Assembly (NCBI GenBank): GCA_976226885.1 | Contig: OZ320320.1 | Coordinates: 37,076,001-37,140,000, forward strand | Length of the DNA: 64,000 nt | From: Iphione sp. A-MEVVRFRX5 | Taxonomy: Eukaryota | Reading direction: 5' to 3' | Shown here: piece after piece, positions 1 through 11,184 of the stretch | Position numbering within the stretch: position 1 is the first letter of the stretch | How the letters are laid out: every line of letters starts with the position of its first letter | The notes under the pieces: model-generated | What the model was told of the DNA's origin: nothing | The model's database searches: none | What the model saw: the letters and a program-made list of their open reading frames with translations, nothing else | Program-made: the position numbers and the translations under genes

Positions 1-49
1 CTAACAGATTTGTGAGGATAAGATTTGCTGCTAACGTTTGTACCAAGAG
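1..49 (+). other. mos: Probable upstream (5' leader) exon of mos, 3' end only
   Basis: Strong donor GAG|GTGAGT (GT at 50-51); matching acceptor ttttgcAG at 1371-1372 just before the Mos start region. No transcript evidence; linkage is inferred. Confidence 0.4.
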
Positions 50-1444
50 GTGAGTCATTTTGAAATTTGCTGTAGATATATAGTTCTTCCATCTAAGTTT
101 AACATCTGTAGGATTTAGAAATTTAGTTTCAACGCTTCCTTGAAAACTTGACTTTACCGTAGCTTATTGGCCATGATCGCCTTCCCGTGAAATAGAATCG
201 TGTGCAGCTTGCGTTGTGACGAGCACCACACTCCCATCTCTGGTTATCGGATCGAGTGAGGCATGTAGATTAAATTCTACGACGTATTGACGTCCTGTAC
301 CATGTCTTTGCAGGGTTTCTTTTTACATTTTGCACTGCATTTTATATACAGTGTCACGACACAGCTATCTCTCCCTGTGACACAACTATAATTTTCAACA
401 TAATATCCATGTATGCATGTTTTGATGGCCGTAGTAGCATGTTTTCATGCCAGCTTTTGAGGGCATATGTTGTGCACAGGAGAGGTTCTTTGCATGTGTG
501 TTTTAAGTGTATGTCTTGCATGTTTTCAAATTTGAAGTGTCCCATTTAGCTATGTTTTGCTTGGCCATGATGGCGGCATGTTCTGTAAGGATTCTGTGGT
601 TATCTGTTATGATGATACATGATAAACACCCTACATGCACACAAAACCACATTTTCACAGAAAGAAACTGTACACATTCAGTGGGTTTCTCTATCCCTTG
701 TCACTAAGAAGCGAACATATGTTCGACCTAAATGGAAGGGAACCCAATAAGCAACTAATATGTATGCAGCAGTTACCTAAATTTGCCAATCGATGTTGCC
801 TGTTCTTTTTTTTCTTTGTTACAAATATATAAACATTTAAATGAGGATAAGAGCCAGAAATTGATTATTTCTCCTGTAGGGGGATTAAATAATACACACG
901 CATATATATTCACTTACCATACAAGATTCAAAGCCTCGAATTCCTCAGTGTTTTGAGCATATTGGTTGATAGTAGCATTTATAATCATTGAATGCTTCAT
1001 ATGATGCAGTCACATAGAAGTATTAAGGCCTGACTGTATCTGGATAATCATAGTTACGTGTGATTGTGTGTTCAAATTATTACTTGACTCAATTAATTTC
1101 ACACAACTTTAACCTCATATGTCTCTATCAAAGAAAACTCAGGACATTCAGATAGCGTGTGGCAGAGCATGTGACATGTTTTTTTTCATAATGGGGTATC
1201 AGTTGAAATAGACCGCGACATAAATTAGCGTGACTCACAGTCAGTTATATTGTCGAGCAAACAAACAGTTTCTCCCGTGAATGCCACCAACTGTATTTTC
1301 TAGCTAAACTATGCCGTGGTCACCTTTAGAAATACATGTTTTTACTGCTGATTTGTCATCCTAGTTTTGCAGAGGCGACTCCGCTTTTAAGGCTGAGTCG
1401 CTCGGAGGGGTGACCTCCTTCCTGGTCCTCGAGCTGCTCAGGGC

Positions 1445-1655
1445 ATGATAGGTCTGCTCGACACACATAACCAAGCGCATCCAGCCGAGCATGTGGACGA
1501 GTTGCACCGAGCAGTTCCCTTGAGGAGAGCCAGTCTAAGACACACGGAGGTGTGTTTCAATGAAGAGACCGAGCACGCAACTGATTCGCTCGCTAACGCC
1601 GCAAGGGCTCTCTCCCAAGCCAACGTAACAGATATCCACTTGGTTAAACTACTTG
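1445..1655 (+). CDS. mos: Mos kinase, coding exon 1 (MIGLLD...DIHLVKLLG), phase-1 donor
   Basis: ATG at 1445 with in-frame stops upstream (1388, 1394); ends ctt g|GTGAGC, joining exon 2 to give DIHLVKLLGSGGFGAVYKG, the kinase subdomain I pattern (cf. Mos LLQRLGAGGFGSVYKA). Confidence 0.8.
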
Positions 1656-2736
1656 GTGAGCGGAAATCTACATGTATCTGAGAATAGCCTTGCAAGTCTT
1701 AGGCAACTATGATTAAACCTCTTTGTAAAGAGGAACATGTACATGGTTATTTATTAGGAAATAGTCTTAGAGTCGAAATCACGAGTCAGTAATCTTATAT
1801 TAATCTTTTCGTCTTCATACAAGTAAAATCTTTGAATGAAACAGGAAAAAGTACGTAACAAATTAAGGAAAGAGAAATAAGTTGCGATTTAGATATAATT
1901 GATGAAAATTACACATGTAGAATCAAAGTGGAGGTTGCATATAAGTTAAATCAGCTCCGTAAAAACTGCTTTGGCAAAATAGTTTATCTGATAAGGGAAA
2001 TGCAGTCAAGCACTCTGTCATAAACACTGATGGTATTATCTGACATTGATTATAATCCCTTTCATTGCCAATAATGCATCAACGTGTTCCTATAGTGTAG
2101 GGGAATATCTAAATTACTGCATTTTCATGGAATATGGGAACAGTTCTCTAGTCAGACTAAGATTCCCAAAAGTCTTTAAGAAATAAAGATACTTTGTAAG
2201 TACTTATCTGGAGTCAATATCAATTAAGAATAATTTTCAATTACATATAATGCTTTTTCATACATCATATACTTGTCTGCCAGAGAACCTTACTTAACTA
2301 CTGTTCTGCCTTCTGTTATATGTATGAGTCTAATGGTGGCGCCTCGACAGAGTTACTTGAGCATAGGCCGTTGTAGTAATGTTTTCTCTCACGGCAACTG
2401 ACCCGTCCGTTATGGGGTCAGTGGTCATAGTGACGGTTTGCATGTACACGTGGAATCAGACCTCGGGACCTGGCGCATTTAGTACTATATCAAAGCTGAC
2501 AGAGAACGTTCTTTCAGTGTTGATATCAGTACTCAACGCATTGACATAGTCACGCCACGGAATATTCTATAGTACCATGGTCTGACGGCACATCCATAAT
2601 GTTTATTGTTTCTCTGGATTATACTGCCCTTTGAACCTTATAGAAAGTATGTTTATTGGTAATTACAAACATATAGTTGGGCAGGTTTCTCTGTTATCAT
2701 CATTTTTTACTTTGCTACTATTTTACCTCTTCTGGA

Positions 2737-2790
2737 ATACACACACGCATCCGAACGCGCACACACATACACACACGCACGCACGAACAC
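2737..2790 (+). repeat. Imperfect (CA)/(CACG) microsatellite directly before the mos exon 2 acceptor
   Basis: tacacacacgcatccgaacgcgcacacacatacacacacgcacgcacgaacac. Confidence 0.85.
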
Positions 2791-2794
2791 ATAG

Positions 2795-3158
2795 GTAGCG
2801 GTGGTTTCGGCGCTGTCTACAAAGGTTTTCTGGGTGACCTGCCGGTGGCTGTCAAACGGCTTCACACCCGCACTAAGAATGAACTGGCCAAAATGGAGAG
2901 CTACCGTGCGGAGCTCAACCTGCTGCGTCTCACTCACCCAAACGTCGTCGCCGCCTTCTGTGCAGCGCCGCCTCCCGACGACGGCGAAGATCACTGCGAT
3001 GGCGGGGATGAGAACGGCAGCGCCATTTTAGTCATGGAGTTTGTCGGTGACCGGAACCTGCTGCATGTCATCGACGACCCGTGTGAGTCGCTCGACCTCG
3101 ACCGTCGGCTCAAGTACGCGAGTAACCTGTCGGAGGCGCTGGCTTACATACACTCCAG
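2795..3158 (+). CDS. mos: Mos kinase, coding exon 2 (subdomains I-VIa)
   Basis: GSGGFGAVYKG, VAVKRLHTRTKNELAKMESYRAELN (Mos-type K..TKN..A...SF.AELN), HPNVV, VMEF; acceptor catAG at 2793-2794; donor ag|GTGGGT at 3159; phases 1 and 2 fit the neighbours. Confidence 0.95.
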
Positions 3159-3574
3159 GTGGGTGTTTAGGATTGATAGGACATTTACCCCTCAGAGATC
3201 CTTACCTATATACACCAGGGGTAGGTGTTTTACTATTAATAGAGAAGTGGCACGCTAGCTCAGGTATGTATGTCACCTGTTAGCGATTCTTAGCTGTATA
3301 GAGTCAGGGATGGGGGTATGGTGTTGATGTGGCACTGGATGTTGACTCAGGTGGGTGTAGTGACATCTCTGAGAAATCTTCACCCATATACAATCCAGAT
3401 TTGTGTTTTTGTTCTGACAGAGTAGTGGATGAGAAGCAATATGCTGGTTGAGATATGTGTGATATAACCACCCCTGGACGCTCGAGGTGGGCGTTTTCCC
3501 ATTGATTGGGTAGTGGGTGAGAAATATATGTTTGTTCGAGTACGAATGATACCTAGCAGAACTCCTCATCACCA

Positions 3575-3672
3575 TATAGTTGACTCTTAAATACCAAATC
3601 TCAGTGGAGACCTCAACAGAGACCATATTTCTTCAGTCCCAGAGGTGGTCTCCTAAATGAGAATTGACTGTA
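3575..3672. mobile_element. Small degenerate Tc1/mariner(pogo)-type MITE fragment
   Basis: Right end reads TA-CAGTCAATTCTCATTTAGGAGACCACC on the - strand (TA + CAGT terminus); left end TA-TAGTTGACTCTT is a degenerate counterpart; internal GAGACC/GGTCTC motifs. Confidence 0.4.
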
Positions 3673-5577
3673 CGCCCAAGGTTTGACTTTAGCTAAAGAT
3701 GAGCTGTTGGAAATAATCGTAGTAGTAAAGCATGGGATGAAGGGTTGGAGACAATTTATAAGGAGTATAAGATGAAGATTAGTAGGTCCGAAATACTGGA
3801 TGATTTAATAGACGAGTTTACTGCATGGTGCATATTGATTGGCAAGTATTCAGCAGGGGTGAAGTGAGAAGTCGAAGTGGGATAGTTTGACGTATTGCAT
3901 GAGAGAGAGTGTCGTGTGCCGTTATGGTAAACGGGCTGTTGATTGGATAGTGAAGCTGGTAGGCTTAGTTATTGAGGGGCAGTTAGTAAGGAAAAGCGTG
4001 TGGGGTAAATTATGAGACACTAGGGGAAATATGGGTCTTGATAGGCTGTGTATTAAGCAGAACAGATAAAGGGCAAATGATGATGCACAGCAAGTAAAGA
4101 ACAGTTGAGTGTGCATTTTCTTGACATCTAACAATGATTCCAAACTTATAAGAGATTACACCATCTCATTGAAATCTGTACATGGTAGCGCCATAAGCAG
4201 ACGACATTGTCTTCCTCTTACCGACGGTTGAATGTGTTGTACATTAAAGGGGAATGCGTGAAGGGCAGTCCTTAAAATGCTGTGTCATTTGATATAGTGA
4301 AGGACACTGCATGCCATGTAATGATCTGGCATTATGTCCTAAAACCTAGTATCTCCTCTATCTCTCCAATTCCAAGAAAACTCATAAAATATATTTGTCT
4401 GCTTACTTAGATACTGCATGCTAAATTCTCTTAAACTCTGTTTTGGTATGAAATTCAATTGGCGGTTATTGAGCAAGGTTCCTCAGGCTGCTAAGATGTT
4501 GTTTTATCTTGTTTCAGTTAAATTTTGAAGGGTTAAAAAACTAAAACAGACAGAGGCACCTACCATGGTCGAAAAGACTTTGGAAAATATCAGCAGTATC
4601 TTACAAGCGTCATTATAAGAGCCTCGCTTAGACAAGGAAAGCAACAATAAAAGTAAAGACTAGACGTGTCCACGAGACAGGCCAATAGAGTGCTTCAAGG
4701 TCTGTTATCCTCCATCGATGAGACACATGAATCGCCTTATGCTGCTCATGGAAATCTCTAATTGCTTACAATCCCGAGAGATGGACGCATGAAGCTACCG
4801 TTGAAGGATAGTGTGTAAAGGAGAGTGTATTCACAGTTACAGGCCAAATAAGATATTTTGAGTGAGAATATTCCAGATCTCCCTATCTTCAACAAGTGGT
4901 TATATCTATGAAGTATTAATTTCGTAGGATATTAAATCTTTTAATCTGTAGTGATTATTGGAACAGTTTTCCTTAATTAGTTGCAAGCAGCTGGAAAAAT
5001 AAATACCGGAAAACTTTGTGAACTTCCAGACGCGTCCCACAATTCATTTTATTTAACGCTTGCAGTGTCACAATATGCCAGGGATTATTTTTTGTCAATC
5101 TTTCTCTGAAAAATGATGTTTGCCGATCTCCTCCGTTTCTTTATTCCAATCTTTACTAAAGGTTTCAAGGATACAAAAATGAGCTTAACTGCGAATAAAC
5201 CAATTTACTTGGGAGTCCTGGAAAAGCTCCCGTTTTTCGTGACAGAAAGAACGTGACTAGCTTAAGCTAATCCCCTTAAAGCCCGTTTGGGACATTTCGT
5301 CCTTGTTCCTGTTAACCACAAGATCGAACTGACTATAAATGAATATGCAATGTGTCAGCTCACGACGTTATATCTCTTTTGTTCTATACATCCCCAGCTG
5401 TATCCTACCCTACGTTTTTTTCTGTTCATCTCTCCTTTTTCATCTGCCTTCTAATGTTTTCAATTTCTCCTCATCACCGTTTTCACCTTCCTTCACACCG
5501 TTCTGCTGTACTTTCCAGGAACAAGTGTAAACCACATTCTACAAGTTGCATTAACTTGCTTCTTTCATCTTATCCAG

Positions 5578-6100
5578 ATGCGTTGTTCATCTGGACGTCA
5601 AGCCTTCCAACGTGCTCATTTCCAAGGATGACTCCTGTAAATTGGGCGACTTCGGCTGTTGCCAGGTAGTGGAGGAGGACACTGGAGAGGTCACACCCAC
5701 CAAGCGCTCGCACCTCACTGGCACCTTCGCCTATAGAGCTCCCGAGTTGCTCAAGGGAGAACCTCCCAGTACTAAAGCGGACGTATACGCCTTTGGTATC
5801 ACCCTCTGGCAGATGCTCACTCGGGTGACTCCCTATGCAGGAGAGAACCAACATGTTGTCATCTTCGGTGTGGTAGCTTACAATCTACGTCCTACTCTGT
5901 CTCCCACGGCTGCCCTCTTTGGGGCTGACTTGGAGGAGGAGCTGGGAGACGATCTGATCTCGGAGAGACAGGACCTGCGAGACTGCCTGGTGGAGCAGCT
6001 CTACCGGGAACTCTTTGTGCAATGCTGGGATGCCGATGCTGGCTGTAGACCCTCCGCTGAGGTACTCGCCGAGGTGCTGGACTTGTGGACCTCATCATGA
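5578..6100 (+). CDS. mos: Mos kinase, coding exon 3 (subdomains VIb-XI, stop TGA)
   Basis: Acceptor tatccAG 5576-5577; encodes (R)CVVHLDVKPSN, KLGDFGC, GTFAYRAPELLKGE, ADVYAFGITLWQM, PYAGENQHVVIFGVVAYNLRP, CW...RPSA; the HLD.KP.N and VVAY.LRP motifs are characteristic of Mos; total CDS 1098 nt is divisible by 3. Confidence 0.95.
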
Positions 6101-6529
6101 ACCAGGCGTAGGACTCTTGGTTGTATGACTCATGTATATTATGTAAATGTTGAGAGGTGTTTGTTTACTGCTGAAATGCCAATGTTGTGTGTAGACCATG
6201 TAGGTGATTTGCTTAATGAGGTGTTCCGCCTGTAGACCGTAGCAAAACGCTTGTACTTGACCCCTGAACGCACAACTCCTGTACATTATCTAAGAGGTTT
6301 TATGCGCCTTAACTTACAAACAACTTCTCTTGTTATTTTGCTAATATCTTTATTCCATATACATATCAACTATTCATCGCATGTCATTCTCGCACATCCA
6401 ATATCTTGGATATAGAGGGATGCCTGTTCCCATTAACTGTCGGGATTATTTTTTTAGTTTACAATAATATGCTTTCTATTGAGGAGGTCTTTTAGTTAAT
6501 CCAGGATAATGAACCATAAGAGAAATAGG

Positions 6530-6562
6530 GAGAGAGAGATAGAGAGAGATAGAGAGAAGAGA
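6530..6562. repeat. (GA)n/(GAGAGAGATA)n microsatellite
   Basis: agagagagatagagagagatagagagaagaga. Confidence 0.9.
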
Positions 6563-6639
6563 ATACAAAGTACTTCAGACCCAGCAGCCTTCCCTCCGTT
6601 GCAAATACATGTGTACATATGTGTAGAAAAAACCCTCAT

Positions 6640-7245
6640 CATTTTTGCTCTCTCATTCACTCTCTCATTTATCAGTTCCTCACTCACTATCTTTCACTAC
6701 TTCTAATCTAGCCTTTATTCTCTCTTTCCCTATTTCTTCTTCTTTCTCCTCTCCCTTCAAATTCATGTTCCCTTTGCCTTGTTTCTTTCCCTTTATTACA
6801 CCTTTCATCCGCCCTTTTCTCCTAAGAGTCCATCTTCCTAGATTCAACTCTATTCCTTTGTCTTTTCATAAAGTCTTCTCTGTTTCCCCTTCTCTTTTCT
6901 GTTTTCTCTCACTTCTTACCGTTTTCATCTGTACTCGTCTGATTTTTTCACTTTCTCTTTCTCTCTTCCTGTCTCCGCTACTATCTATTTCTATTCGTTA
7001 CTCCTCACTGTCCTCCTGCCTTATGCCTTTTCCCCATCATGCTCTCCCTGAATGTCTCCTTCGTTTTCTCGTCCTCATAATTTTCTTTAACCCGACTTCC
7101 CTTCCTGTACTGCTGTCATTAGATCTATACTCCTTTCTCATTTTTCCCTTCCTTTTCCCTTTATTTCCCTCCTCCCTAGTATTATTTATCGACTACTTTT
7201 CTGTCCTCCTTCCTTCCCTCTCCTTCCTTCCCCCTTTCACTTTTT
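6640..7245. repeat. CT-rich low-complexity polypyrimidine tract (~600 bp)
   Basis: Sequence dominated by C/T on +; produces the spurious 203 aa F/L/S/P ORF. Confidence 0.85.
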
Positions 7246-10200
7246 GTAATGATTAAATAAGAATTCGTGCCAGGGCAATGTGAGATATCTCACGGTTTGG
7301 GGTGGGGGACAAGTATTGATGGAGACTCGGGTCGTTGGTAAAGAAACGAGAAAAAGCAGTAGCAAGCGATTGAACAGATATCTTTTTTAAAGTTGAAGAA
7401 ATCTATAGGTAATTAATTAAAATAGACCGTGGAATTAGTACATCATTTTCTTGTCATAAAGTGTCCACTTAAAATCAGATACCTCAATAATCATATCTGA
7501 GGGGTTTTAATATAACATAAAAATTGGATGAAATGCTGGACACCACGTTAGTATGAGCTTTTTAATCGGTTCATTTGATTTTAATATTGAGACTGACTTT
7601 TCATCGCTAGGGGAATTTTCTAGTCTTAGATAAAGATAAAGAGAACTTCACATCACTTGGGAACTTTTATAAAGGAAACATTTCTTCATGTCATAAAGCA
7701 TAGTTCATGCATGTATATCTTTTCAATGTATTATTTTATAATTGTCTTTTATAGTAATCAGCGAAGTGTAAAGTCAATTCATGTGTATATGATATATTTT
7801 ACTGTCTAGTATTGTTCGGCGAACAGACAAAAAATCATCCCACTTTCCATAAATTCAAATCGGCCTTCGAACTTTGCACAACACGCAGGGTACGTGTAGT
7901 TAATTTACGTTTAGCTCCACAACAAAGAGTGATTAATATTTGCCTTGAGGATATTGACCTAGACGTCCGTCAAAAAACGTAATTAGAATTCTTATTGTGT
8001 ATGGATCTTTCAAGCTGCCAAAGACTGACGTCCAAAGCTACTACTAACATTTTATGTTGTATATCTGTGTACAAAGGGATTCTTAATGCACTTCGCAAAC
8101 AGTAAAATTTTCAGACAACTGACTAAGCAATACTTTTTGTATGTGCAATTCGTAAGTGTCCAGAAATGTGAAATTCCATTTTAAGTCATACCTCTGTGAT
8201 TTATACTATCGATATCTAAATGGGAGGTTCTTTACCTCATTTTTAACTCTCACGTGGCTGTTTTACATTTTATAACGATAGGAACATTCTTGATAGGGTT
8301 AGGCTTATTGTATTCAGTAATTATAATACAGAATCACTTTAAATAGTAACTAGTCATTTAATTACTGTTGATTTTATTATATCAATATTTTTCGTGAAGT
8401 CAATTTTCCAACACCCTATATGCCATGGTCATCTAATTGCCACCCATGGATGTCATCTGAGTACGTTCTGTGACTGTAGAGAAATATTTTAATATAGGGC
8501 ATATTTTCTACTGTACAGTGTTTCCACAGAAATGTATATGTATGTATATATTTATATCTCTTTTTACAGGGGGTCCTATTTTACCCAAATATCTGAATGT
8601 AGGGAATGATCACCAGCAATTGTAAAACCATGTACATAGTATTGAACAGATAGATAATTTTTGCGAACTTGAAAGACGTTAACAGACCTGTAGACTTGAA
8701 AACATGTAAAGGACAATATCAACCACTGGTAATCAGTGTACAAAATGACCAATAAATTCGAGATATAATCGCCTTACTGTCGTCTACCTCAATTCAGTAA
8801 ATATTATTTCCCATGAAAACTGGTCATATCAGAGGTCACTTTCCGTGTAGGTTATATCCGTCTCATATGCACTCTAGGTCGGTCTATATTCGGAAACCGA
8901 ACCAGAGAATATGAGAAAACCGTCTCCCCTATATTTATCCTGCTCATCTTTTCCTTTCAGACTGTTTCAGTGAGATGTACAGTTTTGGAGGCTTTGTATT
9001 ATCTTAACTCTTTTCAGAGGTTTAAGCTTAAAATTGATCTATATTCCGAGAAATTTGCAGGAAACAAGTACCAAATGCATCCTAAGGACTGCAAGTTTGT
9101 TTATTTTTCGTAATACTACTTTGGTATCCATTTTTATCGGAAAAGCATAGTCATGGGCCACTGGAAAATTTAATGCTCTTTCAATAGATTTTTTTTTGAC
9201 ATGTACAAGTCTATATCAATTCCTTTGTATAAGAAATAAAAGACGGGCTTATGGTACCTGTTTTGAAAGTTCCTTTTGTTATCCCTTTAAAGCTGGTAGA
9301 GATAGTGCAATTTTCAAGGAGCATCGTTTTGTGCATAAATGCACACTGTCATATATGGGCTGGGAGTGCATTAATACACACCATCCCCCCAAGTGGTGAG
9401 TGCATTAGTGCAAAGTGTCATCCTTATTGGGTCAACAGTACGTGCAGTATATTTGGGCTAAAATCTAGCCCTTGTTGCATGTGGTGATCGATGTCATTTG
9501 CACAGGAACCCCCCGGTTTATAGTAAGACGTTGTTGGTTGGTGAGGAATGTGACTTTGTTTTATCTTTTTGTCTTTCTTGCAATATAATCGGCATATGTA
9601 TTTCGTAAGCCTAAAACTATTTTAGGCCTGGAGCAAAACCAAGCACATTATCATGTTTCTCTGTTTCCTTTAGAAAATGTACTAGATATACCTTTTTTAT
9701 ATTTTGGAATTCACAGACCATCTTCCTGAGGCTGTTTGCCAACCATTGGTATTCTTCGATGTAAAATATAGGGTCCGGGGACTGGTACCAATACGGTCAC
9801 CGTTTCAACTGACGAACAACCTGCTCATGGTATCAGCATGTAGATCTGGGACAGTGTGTCGCCGTCAGCAATGCGTGCAGGAGAAATGTTTCCATCGATG
9901 TGGTTTTCGTTCATTCTCTGGTATTCATGTGGGACTTCTATATAACGGAAGCGTATCAGGTCGATGCCGGGGTCGATGTGAGAGTTGTTTAAAGTTTCTG
10001 AAGGGTCGTATCACTATTTGCCTATACACACGTTAGAGCTACCCTGAATACAGCATATTCTGTACAATTAAGCGCCAATCTAAGAAGTTCCACGAATTAA
10101 CAGCCGTGGTTCCTTTCGTCTGATAGATTACACGGAGGAACTGGAACGCTGTCTCTAAATTATTCTCTAGTGTATTTTTGTGATATTCAAGTCACATGGT

Positions 10201-10575
10201 CACAAACAGACATTCACGGGAGTGGATCCAGAATTTCAGATTTGGGGCGTGTTCGTCGGGATGTGTATTTTATGGTTGTTGGTTTGCCCGAAGAAACGTG
10301 AAATTGATCAGCTCATGGTGGGTAAGGAATCACGGGAAGGAGGCATCTCCCACACGAAATGAAAAAGTGGGTCCGTTCCTGTTGTGACATTGTTAGTTTT
10401 AGGAATCTTACAATATGTATTCACGATTTTTGCTTGGCGATTAAGGACAGAAAACAACAGCAAAAGAATTACCGCAAGTTTCATACAAAATTCACATTCC
10501 TTTATTTCAATTTTCAGATTGATTTATATTACATTTAAATCAACTAAACGGGTAGATGATTATGGTTAAACTGAC

Positions 10576-10678
10576 CCGGAAATACTAGTGGCGCCACGTG
10601 GTGCGGGTGGGGAGAAATATAGTGTGCAGGTGAAACCGGAAGTACGGCAAACCTGAGCGATAAAAGAAGGACGTAAGT
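10576..10678 (+). promoter_or_regulatory. Housekeeping-type promoter motif cluster followed by a splice donor
   Basis: ETS sites CCGGAAAT (10576-10583) and ACCGGAAGT (10635-10643), E-box CACGTG (10595-10600), then ac|GTAAGT at 10673-10678. Motif evidence only. Confidence 0.4.
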
Positions 10679-11126
10679 GTCTACAGCCAACCAAAATTAA
10701 TCGCCAGGGGAAGGGGATGTTATAGTGCTTAGACCAACACAACTGCCCCTGCTTTTAAACGAGCCAACAGGAATCCAATCTACTGACTACTATGTACAAG
10801 AAAAGTTGGAATGGACTCAAACGTATAGTAGTTTGTTCATTAACGAGAAAAATGACCGTGACTGCCATAGTGCGCATGCTTATACGCGGCAGCAGTCACG
10901 TGTTACAGCAGTTTGAGGTTCTCAATATGTCAATGTCTTTTTCTCTTCTCCTCGTCCTCTCTGCACCTCCTCGTCCTCCGCCTCCTCCCCTTCTTTTTGG
11001 CGAAATCCTCGCGTTGGCGTGAGTCAATATGAGTGTTTCTATCTACGTTTGTTTTTCATTCGACGCAGCGAGTGGTGGCTTGGCAGGGGTGAGTGTATGA
11101 GTACTGTATTGGCGTTCCCTTTTACT

Positions 11127-11184
11127 GCCACCGCTGCTGTCGCCCGCCGCCGCTGTCGCCGCCGCCATCGCCGCCACCGCCGCC
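11127..11184. repeat. Imperfect (GCC)n trinucleotide repeat
   Basis: gccaccgctgctgtcgcccgccgccgctgtcgccgccgccatcgccgccaccgccgcc. Confidence 0.85.

Noticed and set aside
2677-2794. N-terminal part of the 193 aa ORF as Mos coding sequence
   Set aside because: It translates an intronic T-tract and CA microsatellite; the exon at 1445-1655 supplies the proper subdomain I residues in phase.
4244-5279. Possible Kolobok-type element (TTAA-AGGGGAAT ... AATCCCC-TTAA)
   Set aside because: Terminal match is only ~8 bp with an indel; insufficient without other copies.
9008-9019. Histone 3' stem-loop-like CTCT-TTTC-AGAG
   Set aside because: Lacks the invariant GG/CC base pairs and flanks; no histone ORF nearby.
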